Shown here piece after piece: positions 23,155-34,321 of a DNA stretch of 64,000 nt (the stretch's first letter is position 1; each line of letters begins with the position of its first letter). The notes under the pieces were generated by a model. The model was not told where the DNA came from. It searched no databases and saw only the letters and a program-made list of their open reading frames with translations. A program made the position numbers and the translations under genes. Source of the stretch: Oopsacas minuta (lineage: Eukaryota; Animalia; Porifera); assembly GCA_024704765.1 (NCBI GenBank), contig JAKMXF010000188.1, forward strand, positions 124,001-188,000, read 5' to 3'.

Positions 23155-26049
23155 TCACAGTATCAAAGGTATTTGAGCTCTCTCAAGTGCAATTTTACAA
23201 ACAGCAGTGAGGTCAGAAGGTCGGAAAGTTTCCCGCCCTCCCTCCAAATAGAATAGTCTTTCAATCTGTTTGATTGCTTCTAGTCGATTCTTTGATAATC
23301 GTTCATTTGATAGAGTTATGAATTGAAAGAACTCTTTCTGGAATAATCTATGTACAGGATAAATCTCGAGAATGTCTTTACTTGGATCTGACTCTTTCGT
23401 TTTATTAATATCTTTATTCAACTCCTGCAGCAGGAACAGCTTACACCTGTTAACATCCTGTAGTCCCTTACAGAAGAGATATCTCTCTGAACTCAATGGT
23501 TCGGATAATGCTGGTTTAACAATACAAATATCAGAGAATACAGTATGCAAGAAGTAGATTAGTCCAGCTGTTGCTCTCGTCATTATATCGTATATCCTGC
23601 AGATAAATACGCCTCCTTTCTTCAGACAATGTAATGCGATTATTATCTGTACCAGGAAGTACTGACGTGCTCGCTTCTCCTCGTGACCACGTAGATACAC
23701 CATCAGACTCCCAGGTTCACACGCACAGTCTCCTATCACCAGATCTACCTGGGAATGAGACAAACACTCCTTGTATATCTGTTCTAGATCTTCATCTAAT
23801 AACAGGTCGACTGGCTGCTCAAGCAGGAGGCTCACAGTCCTAGTAGTATCTCTCCCGCTTGACACTGCTCCCGACATCTCTGTACGTCTGATACCGTAGC
23901 CCTGAGCGGAGGGAAGCTTCCAGCAGAGGTAGTCTGAGAATCCGCTAGGGTCATGACTCAAGTCTAGAAAGTGAACAACCTCTTTACTCTCTATTACACT
24001 CTGAGATATCTTAGAAGAAAAGTTGAGTAGAGTATCAATCTCTCCAAGAGCCAGTCCTTCAACAGGGATGGAGTGAGGAGGTGATAAGAGATGGAAAGCA
24101 TAGAACGGATAGTCTCTAGCGCATCTGTGTATCATAGGCTCTCTGTTTGTGAAGAGTAGGACCTTAGCAGAAGATCTAGCCTCAGTCATTTCCTGTAGAG
24201 TGTCACAGTAGCAGAATCTCGAGTTTAGAACGGAGTGGAGTGCGTCTCCAAACAGAGATCGCATTTCTGACTTAGAATCTCCCATTTTCAACCACCGTAT
24301 ATCTTCTTCTGTGTCCTCACTACTAATCGTGCCCTGCTCATAGCCTAGACCCATACCCCACTGCTGTGTCTGTGGGATAACCGGCTCTGATCGTCCCTCT
24401 CCACTGGGACCTAGTCCCTCCCCCTCTTGGTGCCCCATCGATCTTAGTAGACTCTTTGAAACCTCAGAGTAATCTCCGCTCTCTTCCAGCCTAGGCCTCT
24501 TAATGGTATTAGAGATAGACTCATCACTAGTAGTGGGTATTTCATGAAGCTCATGCCAGCTCATTAACTTCTGTTTACGTCTGTCATTGAGACTGTCCTG
24601 GTTCTTCTGTCTAGAGCATTTAGAGTCAGGTCTCAGTAGAGCCATGACACTCAGCTTAATACCATCCAGGAATAAATCAGGGAGAATCCTGAGACTGTCC
24701 TGGATATACTTCATGCTACATCTTTTGTCATATGATTCTACAGCAAACAGCTGGACATCTGAGAGGAACTGCTGCTGAGGCTTAGTGAATACTGTGAAGA
24801 GCCGCAGATTAGACTCTATTTGATCTCTCTGGTATCCGCTGAAGATCTCTGCAGCCTGTTTAGCTGAGGTAATGAAATCAGAGGAGAGAGAAGAGAGAGG
24901 GAAGATGGACTTATCGTGATCTTGTAGAGTGTATGCGGATTCAAGTTTCTGTAGATGCCATTCAGAGAAAGTATCTATGCCATGGAATTTGAGACAGACT
25001 AAGTATACCTCGGAGTTACCTGCCTTAGAGGTAGAAGGTTTGAATAGATGTAGTTGTCCGAAGGAGCAGGCCAGTAGATACAGTAGACATAGTGTCTGAC
25101 TCTCAAATAGTGTGAATAGTTTCAATATGAAGCTCCCTCCAGGTGAGAGCAGTCGCATTGCAGCCATACTCTCACAGTAATGAAGTTGTGATACTCTGAG
25201 CTCCTGCTGGTTAGGATTGTCCTGACAGTCTCTACTACCGTCAGCTGATACCAGATCTACTCGTGTGGTCTCCTCCTTAACTTGTCTCTCTAGACTGAGG
25301 ATATTCTTCCACCGCATAACATTACCTGTGTTGTCTAACCCGAAACTCCACTTCTCAATAGTCTCAAGAATAAATCTGTCATCATCTACCATCTCTCCCA
25401 GGTCGTTAGACTCGTTATACGGATTGAGAGTTAGTCCTCTCCACTTCCACGGTTTAGTTGAGGTACGTGCTCGTATGTAGTGGTTCAGACTTCCAATAAA
25501 CCCGCCAGGAGCTTCACATAGATGTACCGAGTAGAAAGCATCATCAGTATTTGTGTTACATATACTGGGAAACATACATAGAATCTCATGGAACTTAGCC
25601 CAGGCCTGAGTACACATCTCTACGTGATACTGTCTACGGATATTCTTTACAATTAAGCCTGCTTTATTGGTGCGACGCGTATGGTCGTGCCAGAGCTCAG
25701 GATCTTTGTCATTCAGTTTATCCTTGACAATGTTGAGTTCTAGCTTCAGAGATGCTAGCTTCTCTAGAGTGAAGTGTTCCCCTGAGAATAGGAGGTCAGC
25801 TGATGGGAGGAGGTAGCGAGGGTTGTCCTTAGGGTTCGGATCAAATGAAAACTTCTTGTTGAAGAGATTATCTACTTCTTGTTGAACCTCTTCACTAAAC
25901 ACTCTCTTTTCAAACTCCCTCTCCCGTTTGGGGTTCCTGGGAGGTCCGTGTCCTCGGTATCCAGCCCCTATTCCAGGTCTTCGGGGATAGCGACCCCTCC
26001 CTCTCTGGTAGGGACTATCTCCTCTCCCCCGATGAGACATCAGATACAT
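23155..26049 (-). CDS. CMTR2: Cap2 mRNA 2'-O-methyltransferase with an internal G-patch and a second degenerate MTase domain
   Basis: CMTR2 signatures: WHDHTRRTNKAG, CTQAWAKFHEIL, HLCEAPGGFI, ADGSRDCQDNPNQQE, GSFILKLFT, KPSTSKAGNSEVY. G-patch at ~24340-24471. Start is ATG 26049 (alternative ATG 26085). Confidence 0.92.
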   Translation of the reverse strand: MYLMSHRGRGDSPYQRGRGRYPRRPGIGAGYRGHGPPRNPKREREFEKRVFSEEVQQEVDNLFNKKFSFDPNPKDNPRYLLPSADLLFSGEHFTLEKLASLKLELNIVKDKLNDKDPELWHDHTRRTNKAGLIVKNIRRQYHVEMCTQAWAKFHEILCMFPSICNTNTDDAFYSVHLCEAPGGFIGSLNHYIRARTSTKPWKWRGLTLNPYNESNDLGEMVDDDRFILETIEKWSFGLDNTGNVMRWKNILSLERQVKEETTRVDLVSADGSRDCQDNPNQQELRVSQLHYCESMAAMRLLSPGGSFILKLFTLFESQTLCLLYLLACSFGQLHLFKPSTSKAGNSEVYLVCLKFHGIDTFSEWHLQKLESAYTLQDHDKSIFPLSSLSSDFITSAKQAAEIFSGYQRDQIESNLRLFTVFTKPQQQFLSDVQLFAVESYDKRCSMKYIQDSLRILPDLFLDGIKLSVMALLRPDSKCSRQKNQDSLNDRRKQKLMSWHELHEIPTTSDESISNTIKRPRLEESGDYSEVSKSLLRSMGHQEGEGLGPSGEGRSEPVIPQTQQWGMGLGYEQGTISSEDTEEDIRWLKMGDSKSEMRSLFGDALHSVLNSRFCYCDTLQEMTEARSSAKVLLFTNREPMIHRCARDYPFYAFHLLSPPHSIPVEGLALGEIDTLLNFSSKISQSVIESKEVVHFLDLSHDPSGFSDYLCWKLPSAQGYGIRRTEMSGAVSSGRDTTRTVSLLLEQPVDLLLDEDLEQIYKECLSHSQVDLVIGDCACEPGSLMVYLRGHEEKRARQYFLVQIIIALHCLKKGGVFICRIYDIMTRATAGLIYFLHTVFSDICIVKPALSEPLSSERYLFCKGLQDVNRCKLFLLQELNKDINKTKESDPSKDILEIYPVHRLFQKEFFQFITLSNERLSKNRLEAIKQIERLFYLEGGRETFRPSDLTAVCKIALERAQIPLIL

Positions 26050-26344
26050 AACTATTTTAATAGTGGACAGTAACTGTGGTAACATATGGAAATTTATTGA
26101 ACTGAAATAGTTGATGTATATGAAATTATTTGTAATTTTTATCCAGAATTATAATTAAGATACCTTCAATAATATCTATTAAATATATATAACATTTACG
26201 GCCCAAAAGCACTGACAAATGTAACTCATATATACTTATGCTAAAACAAGGGACCAAGCTCAAGGATACTTCCGCCCGTCGCGGAGCGACCTAACAAGCG
26301 AAGCACGCTAGCATAAATATATACATCTATCAAATGAATAATTC

Positions 26345-26923
26345 TTAGCTAAGTTGATAATATTTGTAGTATTCAATAAGAGGTATATCAAGCTTGATTA
26401 TAGGCGTTACAACACTAATCCACATTAGTAAATAAGAACCAGCTGTTTTATCAAGTAGACACTCCATGAATCTACCAGTATTACATGGATGCAAACAGAA
26501 GTAAGGAAGCGATAAAATAGGATGTTCATCTTCTGTCAGGAACGACCATTTGTCTGTATCCCCTATAGTATCGTGAGTTAACTCCCACACTTCATCTAGT
26601 TTGAGTTTAGCTCCGTTTGAGAATGATAAGTTAAAGAATAGCATTGGTACTTTGTAGATATGGCTGTAAATAATATGATAGTCTCCGGTTATGTATTTAG
26701 ATAGAGGTGTGATAATTTCACAAATGTCAGCTGGGATAACTTCTGGTGAAAATTTTTGAGAAGTCTGTTCGATTTGTAATTTAGTGATCACTCTTTTGGA
26801 GAGCCAAGGTGTTTGTGGGTAACTAGATTTATCAGGTTGATGGAGTTGCCATTGATCATTTAGTTTTTGAGAAATAGCGTAGAATATGTTTATTTCTTTG
26901 GTGAAATCATCTTCAGTTATCAT
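26345..26923 (-). CDS. ATG10: Autophagy E2-like enzyme ATG10
   Basis: DYHIIYSHIYKVPMLFFN...LTEDEHPILSLPYFCLHPCNT, including the catalytic HPC. Confidence 0.92.
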   Translation of the reverse strand: MITEDDFTKEINIFYAISQKLNDQWQLHQPDKSSYPQTPWLSKRVITKLQIEQTSQKFSPEVIPADICEIITPLSKYITGDYHIIYSHIYKVPMLFFNLSFSNGAKLKLDEVWELTHDTIGDTDKWSFLTEDEHPILSLPYFCLHPCNTGRFMECLLDKTAGSYLLMWISVVTPIIKLDIPLIEYYKYYQLS

Positions 26924-27051
26924 TTTAAGCAGAATTCGAATCCTAAATATGTATCTAGTAAATATATAAACCTAAAAACTAATACTCAAGGATAAAATGT
27001 TTAGTATGCAAAGTTAAATATAATTATCAAATTAGAGTTGCAGCGATCCGG

Positions 27052-27459
27052 TGTCATAGGTAATCAAGTTCCCCCGAACACTATTCCCTAGTGAGTGATG
27101 TTTAGGGAAACAGGATTACCTACGGAATACTTGTTCCCGTTCCCTTGACCCGCGTACGTGTTGCTAAGTGTATTTCTAACTCACTATTTTGGTGAATGAA
27201 TTGGATTTTGATTGGATTATCTAACTAGATAGCATTTAGCCGAGAATATGAGCATTTCTAACTCACTATTTGTATAGCCTGTGTAGGTTTCCATTGGATC
27301 TTGGCCCTGCGAGGTGGCTGGAAGTTTCCTTGACCCGCGTACGTGTTGCTAACTGTGCAAGGGAAACACTCAGAGAAACAGGATTTGCTAGGGAATGATG
27401 TTTCCCTAAACATCATTCACTAGTGAATAATGTTCGGGGGAACAGGCTTACCTCTGACA
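27052..27459. mobile_element. MITE with ~70-bp TIRs and TGTCA...TGACA termini (Ginger-like)
   Basis: Left TGTCATAGGTAATCAAGTTCCCCCGAACACTATTCCCTAGTGAGTGATGTTTAGGGAAACA matches the reverse complement of the right end. Internal direct repeats CCTTGACCCGCGTACGTGTTGCTAA x2 and ATTTCTAACTCACTATTT x2. Confidence 0.75.
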
Positions 27460-28153
27460 TCAGTCTGGACCGGTGTATCATTAGTAGCGGCATCTAACAT
27501 ATATTAGTATGCTCAGGAGAATATCCAAAACTACTACCGAGTGATTGTTTTGTATATTTATAATATTATATATCACATCTCGTTTTTAACAACACGGGCA
27601 ACAACTTAACATTAACATTAACAATAATACAGAATTAAGAGTACAAACTTGTCTTTGTTATCAGTGTTTTTTCAATTTACATATCTTACTTTGGTTAATT
27701 AAATACTCCAGGAGTCGTTTATTCAATTCCAATATTGCTAAAGCATTTATTCAACCACAAGATGTTAATAATATAATCATCACATCAAATATACTGCGTT
27801 ACTTAACTAAAAGGGTACATTAATTTGCCTTATGTTCACAGCCCAGTGTCTCCACAACTTTCATAATATTAGCCCTCTGTGTGACATTGGGGGAGCTTCA
27901 CGGCTTGCGGGATTATAATCCCTGTACTGACTCAATTAATATGATAAATAAACACTTGGTAAAATTGCTAGTTTTGTAGACAATAATTATGAAGCAGTTG
28001 TTGTGCACATCCCTCACTTCAGGGCGGGACATGATATTATAATAATATTATAGAGAATGAAGTTAGCTAATTAAATGTAGCATATATGAGTAAATTTAAG
28101 AGATAATTATCAGATTAATGTAATATATGTAAATACATACTTAAAAACATATT

Positions 28154-28343
28154 TCAATTTGATTTGCTCTGTTTCTCTAGCTTTCTCTGTCTATACTTTT
28201 TAGTTAACCAGCCTATATAAGCAGATTTTGCAGCTTCTTCTTTATCCTGCTTCTCCTTCTCTATTGCCAGAGTCAGTTTGAATCTCTCTTTGTTCTCATT
28301 CCTCAAGAACTTGAGATTTTCTTTTGCCTGTTTATCCTTAACT
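28154..28343 (-). CDS. Coiled-coil gene (CCDC181/CCDC34-like W-x-x-K repeats), exon 2
   Basis: Acceptor TTATTTCTTTCCTTAG| at 28344 (phase 2). Encodes VKDKQAKE...KEEAAKSAYIGWLTKKYRQRK...stop. Confidence 0.6.
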
Positions 28344-28889
28344 CTAAGGAAAGAAATAATATTGGTATTTCCCAATGTCATTTAGAATCAGTTATAATTG
28401 TTTAGGCTAGTTAGCTGGAAAAATGAATCATCTCCACCACCCGTATCTGATTTGGCAACCCAAGAATATTGTCATTTTTGTACCATTTATTCAATGTAAT
28501 TCCGGAGTGAGACATTTGTGTACAACCTAGTGCACAATTTTGGTGCGACATCTGTGTACATACTTGAGAATTCAATCTAAGGTTCTAAGGCCCCCTCTAA
28601 CTCGGCGAACTGCACACCAGTAGAATCTTTCATTTGCGATAATAAATAGAATTTCTCTTCTTGTACACATATACACTCAACATCCGTTATCTCGAACCCT
28701 CAGAAGAAATCAAATTCTGTTCGAGTTAACAGACATTCGAGATAGCAGATGTTGACTGTTGTACAATTATTTCCTTTGTTTTAGTAAAAAATATGCTTAT
28801 ATTATATTTTTAAGGGACGTCGCACAATTCTATAAAAGCTGAAAATACATATTTGATCCAATTTAGATATTTCAATATTGAATATTATC

Positions 28890-29942
28890 TTATAAAAACG
28901 AAATTTGAAACTTAAAATAAACAGTCTTATCCTTGAGTAGTATTCTATTACACAATTCCTGGTAAGTAGTTAGAGGAGACCATCCGTACGCCTGTTCAGA
29001 ACCTTTCTCTCTACACTCCGGTGGAATCTGGTCACAAGACAGAGTACAAACTACATTAAGACTGTCATTTAAGTAACTGAATATAGTAACTGAATAGTTC
29101 ACAAGCATAGGCCAGGGTAGAACCTCATCAGAGTGTCCGTCTTTGACAGTAACCAGAGCTGAAATGATATTATCGGAGCCTATTATCATAGTTATCTGTA
29201 GGTTATACCCAAATGTAGCTTCGATATTAGGAGGTGTGCGTGTCTGGAATATTGGACTTGAAATAGTATGTCCAATGCATTCATTAAAATCTTGTATTCG
29301 AATAATAATAGTTCCGTCTTGGTAAGTCTGTTTAAGAAATTGATTTTCTAACATTAACATTCTATTTTCCTGTGTCTTCTGATCTACCTCCTTCTTGAGG
29401 GTACTCACCTCATCCAATATTCTCTCTATAGCAGCATGTGCCTTTTTGTGATGTTCTATTAGCTGATGTCTCATCAGTACCTCAGCACGTAGACACAATC
29501 CCATTTCTACATAGCCACACTTCAAATATACAAAATCACAGTTCTTCTCAAGATGCTGGATAACTGAGTTAACGGCTCCACTCCAGCTACATCCACGTTT
29601 GTAGTTAGGACAGTATATATTGAAGCCGAGGATAGAGTTGGTTAGTGTCTGGTCTATTTGAACTCTATAGTTAGTACAGTTCTGACAAGCTTTGGCATTG
29701 TTTGGTAATAAAGTCGGTAGATTGAGTATTCCTTTACAAATAGTACAACTTATCCCAGCTAGAAAATCTCTAGAGAGTTCCCCCTGAATGAGATTGTGCT
29801 TATAACCAGATCGGGGGCCATTTACATACAGCAGTGTATCTATCTTGTCTGGTTCTTTGGGGAGAGATTTCGGTGGGTAGAAGGTGAATCCAGAGATGTG
29901 AGAGAAAGGAAATGGTTGAGTATTATATACTGTACTATTCAT
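28890..29942 (-). CDS. Divergent TRAF-like protein (degenerate RING, TRAF zinc finger, coiled coil, MATH), intronless, nested in an intron
   Basis: CTICKGIL...CQNC; CPNYKRGCSWSG...HLEKNC; coiled coil; MATH-like GTIIIRIQDF...SSPIFQT...GYNLQI...DEVLPWP. Confidence 0.88.
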   Translation of the reverse strand: MNSTVYNTQPFPFSHISGFTFYPPKSLPKEPDKIDTLLYVNGPRSGYKHNLIQGELSRDFLAGISCTICKGILNLPTLLPNNAKACQNCTNYRVQIDQTLTNSILGFNIYCPNYKRGCSWSGAVNSVIQHLEKNCDFVYLKCGYVEMGLCLRAEVLMRHQLIEHHKKAHAAIERILDEVSTLKKEVDQKTQENRMLMLENQFLKQTYQDGTIIIRIQDFNECIGHTISSPIFQTRTPPNIEATFGYNLQITMIIGSDNIISALVTVKDGHSDEVLPWPMLVNYSVTIFSYLNDSLNVVCTLSCDQIPPECREKGSEQAYGWSPLTTYQELCNRILLKDKTVYFKFQISFL

Positions 29943-30781
29943 TGCCAGTGCTAATATACCAATTTGGAAAAAATAATATATATTTGCAAAGGTTATGTGC
30001 TATATTAGAATATAACAAGAATGTAGCTATAATGTTACAGAGGAATGTGGATAACTAACAGTATTGTATAAGAATGGAATACGATACAATCTGAATAAGA
30101 GACATGCAAGAACTATGGACTGAGGAATTCCACAAATGTTACTAAGAAGAACCGTTATCAAAGTATGTATAGAAGGATAGCCTGGGTGGTAGGCACCATG
30201 GATAGCCTGCTAAGTGCTTTACAATATAATGATCTATGAAGAAGAGAAATTTCATCCAGATTGGTTATGAGAATAGGAAACAACAAGTTTACTCAAGTGT
30301 TAAAAGTTTAACTACCCTAATAATAAATTGCTAGGTTTCACATGTTATACTTCGAATTATACGTCAACATCTAATAAATATTTACGTAGGGAAGCGTTTC
30401 TCAAATTTCATCTCTTAACTATACAATATACCCATATAAGGTATGATCAATCTCACAATTTTAATACAGTAGACTCTGCTTAATAAAACCACCGGTTAAT
30501 CGGGTCAAATAGCTTGGTACTGATGTGACCCTATGTAATAAGCCACTGTTTGTTGTAAGTTGTCTTACTACACAGATTATATCAAATATGTGAAATACAA
30601 TGGTATGGTTATTCTCATAGAATACCTGTGGACTTGGGATTTGTAAAACGCATCAATAAACAATTGAAGTATTCTAATATTTCGAATCAACGTCAATCTT
30701 TCAGCTATGATACACTGGGCTGGGTACTTGTGAATACATAACTAACATAATTACAAATATAACAGAATGATGTATATTCAC

Positions 30782-31164
30782 CTGAGCCAATTCTGTATCC
30801 GGGGATTCCTTGTATCTGACATCCAGTGATCAGTTTGCCTTGGAGCTGAGGTAGGTCTAATTCTGCTTATAGCTTTGTTACATTCCAATTCACAGTTAGG
30901 AGAATGATCCAAGGAATTATTAGAGGCCCTAGTATCACCGTATGAATGTCTACGAGGATATAGTATAGGATCTGATGTAGTATATCCCTCTTGTTCTATC
31001 TGACTGATAAGATTATCAAGATAATTTATAGATCTGAGAAGAGGATAGGGATTACTCTCAGCTGTAGAGCTTCCCTGTATAGTCACATGACGCTCTCTCT
31101 TATGGAAGCTAGCACTACCATCTCTCGATATTATTGACTTTAATGGACTTATTTCAGACTGCAT
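30782..31164 (-). CDS. Coiled-coil gene, exon 1
   Basis: Open frame from ATG 31164 with RPTSAP and QNWLR. Ends at donor AG|GTGAAT (30781, phase 2), compatible with the acceptor at 28344; the join gives 190 aa. Confidence 0.6.
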
Positions 31165-31569
31165 TACAAGTCTAACTAGCAATATAAAGTGTAAACTTTG
31201 AGCTCTCTAACACAAACTATAATAGTTAATCAGTGGAGTATATGCTATAGCCTCTACACTGATTAAACTACGTATAAACTACATACAATGCATAAATTAA
31301 GATCTCAGTAATTGTGTGCAGAGGGCTAAAGGATAAATGGTGAATATGAATATTAGAGAACTCTAGAACAATTAGGGATTTTCACGTTTAGAGAATTTGA
31401 CTATAACATACTGTGTGTCAAGGGTATCAATAGGAAGCCCGCCAAACGTTTCAATCTGGCGCCGCGGTTTTCAAATTGGCATTTTGTTAGTTCATTCACG
31501 TGTATTCTTAAGCCTCTGGACCCCACTGTGGGCTTACAGAGCCCCCAGACCCTGTATCTACCACTTGAC

Positions 31570-33618
31570 CAGGGTTGGAAAAATCATGATTTTTTTTATT
31601 TAAATCAGATTTTTAATTTAGACACTTTCAATATTATTTGAATGCTGGATTTAATGAAACATACAAACTGCTAACTACAATACTCTTTAATGTAACAGTA
31701 AAAATATAACTTTTAATTAATTGATAATTATATAATTATCGAAAAATTAACTTGGCAAAATAGATCATTTATGCGTATTAAGGAGTTTGTATAAAAAATA
31801 CAAGCTTCCCAGCTTTAACCGTTCCCAACCTGTTCCTCACTTTGGAGTGAACAAAACCAAAGGTTGAAAAAATTCGCTCTACTCCAGCACTTGATGCTAC
31901 TCCTCCAAGTATCTTGCGACAAAGTACTATAACATCGCTTTCCAGGGCGCTTTTCTGAGACTCCCACCATGTAAGGGGAGAGATAGCTTTTAAAACTTCT
32001 TCTGTAAACATGAATGGCTTGAATGGACCAGCTTCAGCACTGAAGTTGATCACAGTAGGCAAACATGATGTATAATCCAGGCTGCATAATTCTAGTCCAG
32101 CATCAACCTCGTCTTTTGACAAGTTTATACCCCTGTATCTTGGATCCATTAAGTTAGCTAAGTAATGGGCAGCGGTTAGCGCTTGTTTGTAGCGGTCCTG
32201 TACTTTATGAGTGACAATAGAGGGCATTAATGAATCCATATCTCTCTTCAGTGCTTTCCAAACTTCAACAGCATCACTCAGTTTGCAACTGTCACTCTGC
32301 ACTTTATCAAGAGCGACAGCAATTGGCTTCATCCGTTTTAGATAGTCCTCAGCATTTCTCTTGATGTTAATATTTTGCACTTTCATGGCGATCGTACCGT
32401 TAATAGTGTCGCGGTGGTCCTCGCACACTTTGAGGATCATTGTCCAGATTTCCAAATAGCATTGCAGAGAATCCGGGATAGTGTTCCAGCGAACTTCTTG
32501 TGGTAGTACTAGTTTCTTTCCGCCAGTAAATTTATACCATGCAGCTGGGAGATGGGTGTTCCTAAAATATTTCACGATCTGAACAATGTGTTCCTTCACG
32601 CCCGGTATTTCAATATCTTTGGCCAATAGATTAAGATAGTGAGCAGAACAACCATAGGATATGATGTTTGTATCGGTAGTAACACTATCAGATGTCAGTT
32701 GTCGCCGCATTTTGACCATGTTTGATGCGTTGTCCGTGACAAAGGTACCTACTTTACAACTGTATCTCTGTTCAGTCGATATAATAGCAGACGTGGCCAC
32801 TTCTTGTAGATATTCAGCAGTGTGTGCATGGCCTGATGTATCTACCGTTTCGGTAAGATAACTATCCCCATCGGATGTTGTCACTGACACGCAGACAACT
32901 GGCTCGTTATGGATATTACTCCATCCGTCTAACATCATGGGTACATTTTTTCCGTCAAGTTGTTCCTTGCACTGTGATTGCATAGCAACATAAAGCTCGT
33001 CGAGTAGTTCATTGCCAACATTGTGTTAGGAGGATGGTATCCAGGACGAAGCATTGCCATTAACTTTAAAAATTCAGAATGTTCAACAATAGTGAAAGGT
33101 GAGTTAGTTGCACAAACATACCGTGCTATTTGGAGATCAATGGCAGCTTTTTCAGTTGTTGATGTTTGCACAACAAAGTTAGTCATACTTGACATGACGG
33201 ATTTCTGTTTCTTTGCTTGTGATACTAATCTTATATCTGTCACACTACATTTCCTCTGGGAAAGAGCTTGGATTTCCGGATTCAAAATGCACAATTCATC
33301 ATCAGTGGAGTCGATAAATTCAGCACACACATTATAATGTTGCTTTAACCTAACAACTAGTCCTTGCATCTCCTTCCCACACTTCAGGCATGTTGCACGA
33401 CACCCTGCTTTGCTAACTTCTTTTTTCGTATCAAAATACTTCCACACGTAGTTATTGTAGCCGTTACTATGATTTAGTAATGGCTTCAATCTATTGAAAA
33501 CAAAAGCACCATTCTATTGCTCTCTGAAAACATGACACTATTAGCGAAGTGTCAAAATTTAAATAAATAAAAAATCATCATGTTGATTTTTTGAAGTGAT
33601 TTAAATCAAACAACCCTG
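31570..33618 (-). mobile_element. hAT transposon, near full length, transposase frameshifted
   Basis: Ends CAGGGTTG / CAACCCTG with GATTTAAATC subterminal repeats; degenerate TSD CACTTGAC/CACTTCGT. BED finger (VWKYF...CLKC...LKQHYNVC), DGWSN, TDNASN and hAT dimerisation SSAGVERIFS. Frameshifts at ~33025 and in a poly-T at ~31795. Confidence 0.92.
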
Positions 33619-34321
33619 CACTTCGTTGCACAAATCTCAATATAGGATACGAAATATGCATTGGCCCGAAGAACTGAACACAAATAGGGTTTTGCCTTTG
33701 GAGGAAATTAATTGGGTATCCCGCTGTTATCTGGAGGCAAATAAGTTTTAATTCGGGGCCAAATCACTGTCCACAATGTGTAGGCTGACGTGCACTCGTG
33801 CGCAGCAGAGTCCAGAGAAGTCCATTAACTGCAACATAAACAGTCACTCAGATTATATCGACTTTGATATGATATAACGAAATGCCCCGATATAAATAGG
33901 GAACTATCGAAACATAGTGGAACACATTAATACGAACACAAGCAGACGGTCAAAATTTGTTCGCTTTATCAGAAGTAAACCAATTTGTATAACCAATATA
34001 GGGAACTAGTTTTGTGTGAATATTCGTTCCTCTTATCCGGAAATTCGTATTAAGCTTGTTTGTAATAACGAAGTTCCACTGTAGATAAAATGGTCCCTAC
34101 TAGAGCATTATTCAATGGATTGCTCGAAGAATTTAATGTCCCATGTTTCAGCTATTTCCTTATCAAAATGAAGGGAAAAAGAGTAGAGTGAACTAGTCAA
34201 AAGTTGAAATGACATAAACAACTGTCAGAGATTATACAAATGATGTACAAAAATCCATCTATATTATTCAGGAATTCTGCATAATAAGGACAATGTGGTT
34301 GATTAAATTATGTGCGATAAT

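Noticed and set aside
28400-28760. Extra coding exon(s) of the coiled-coil gene
   Set aside because: The frames examined contain several stops and no phase-consistent splice pair was convincing.
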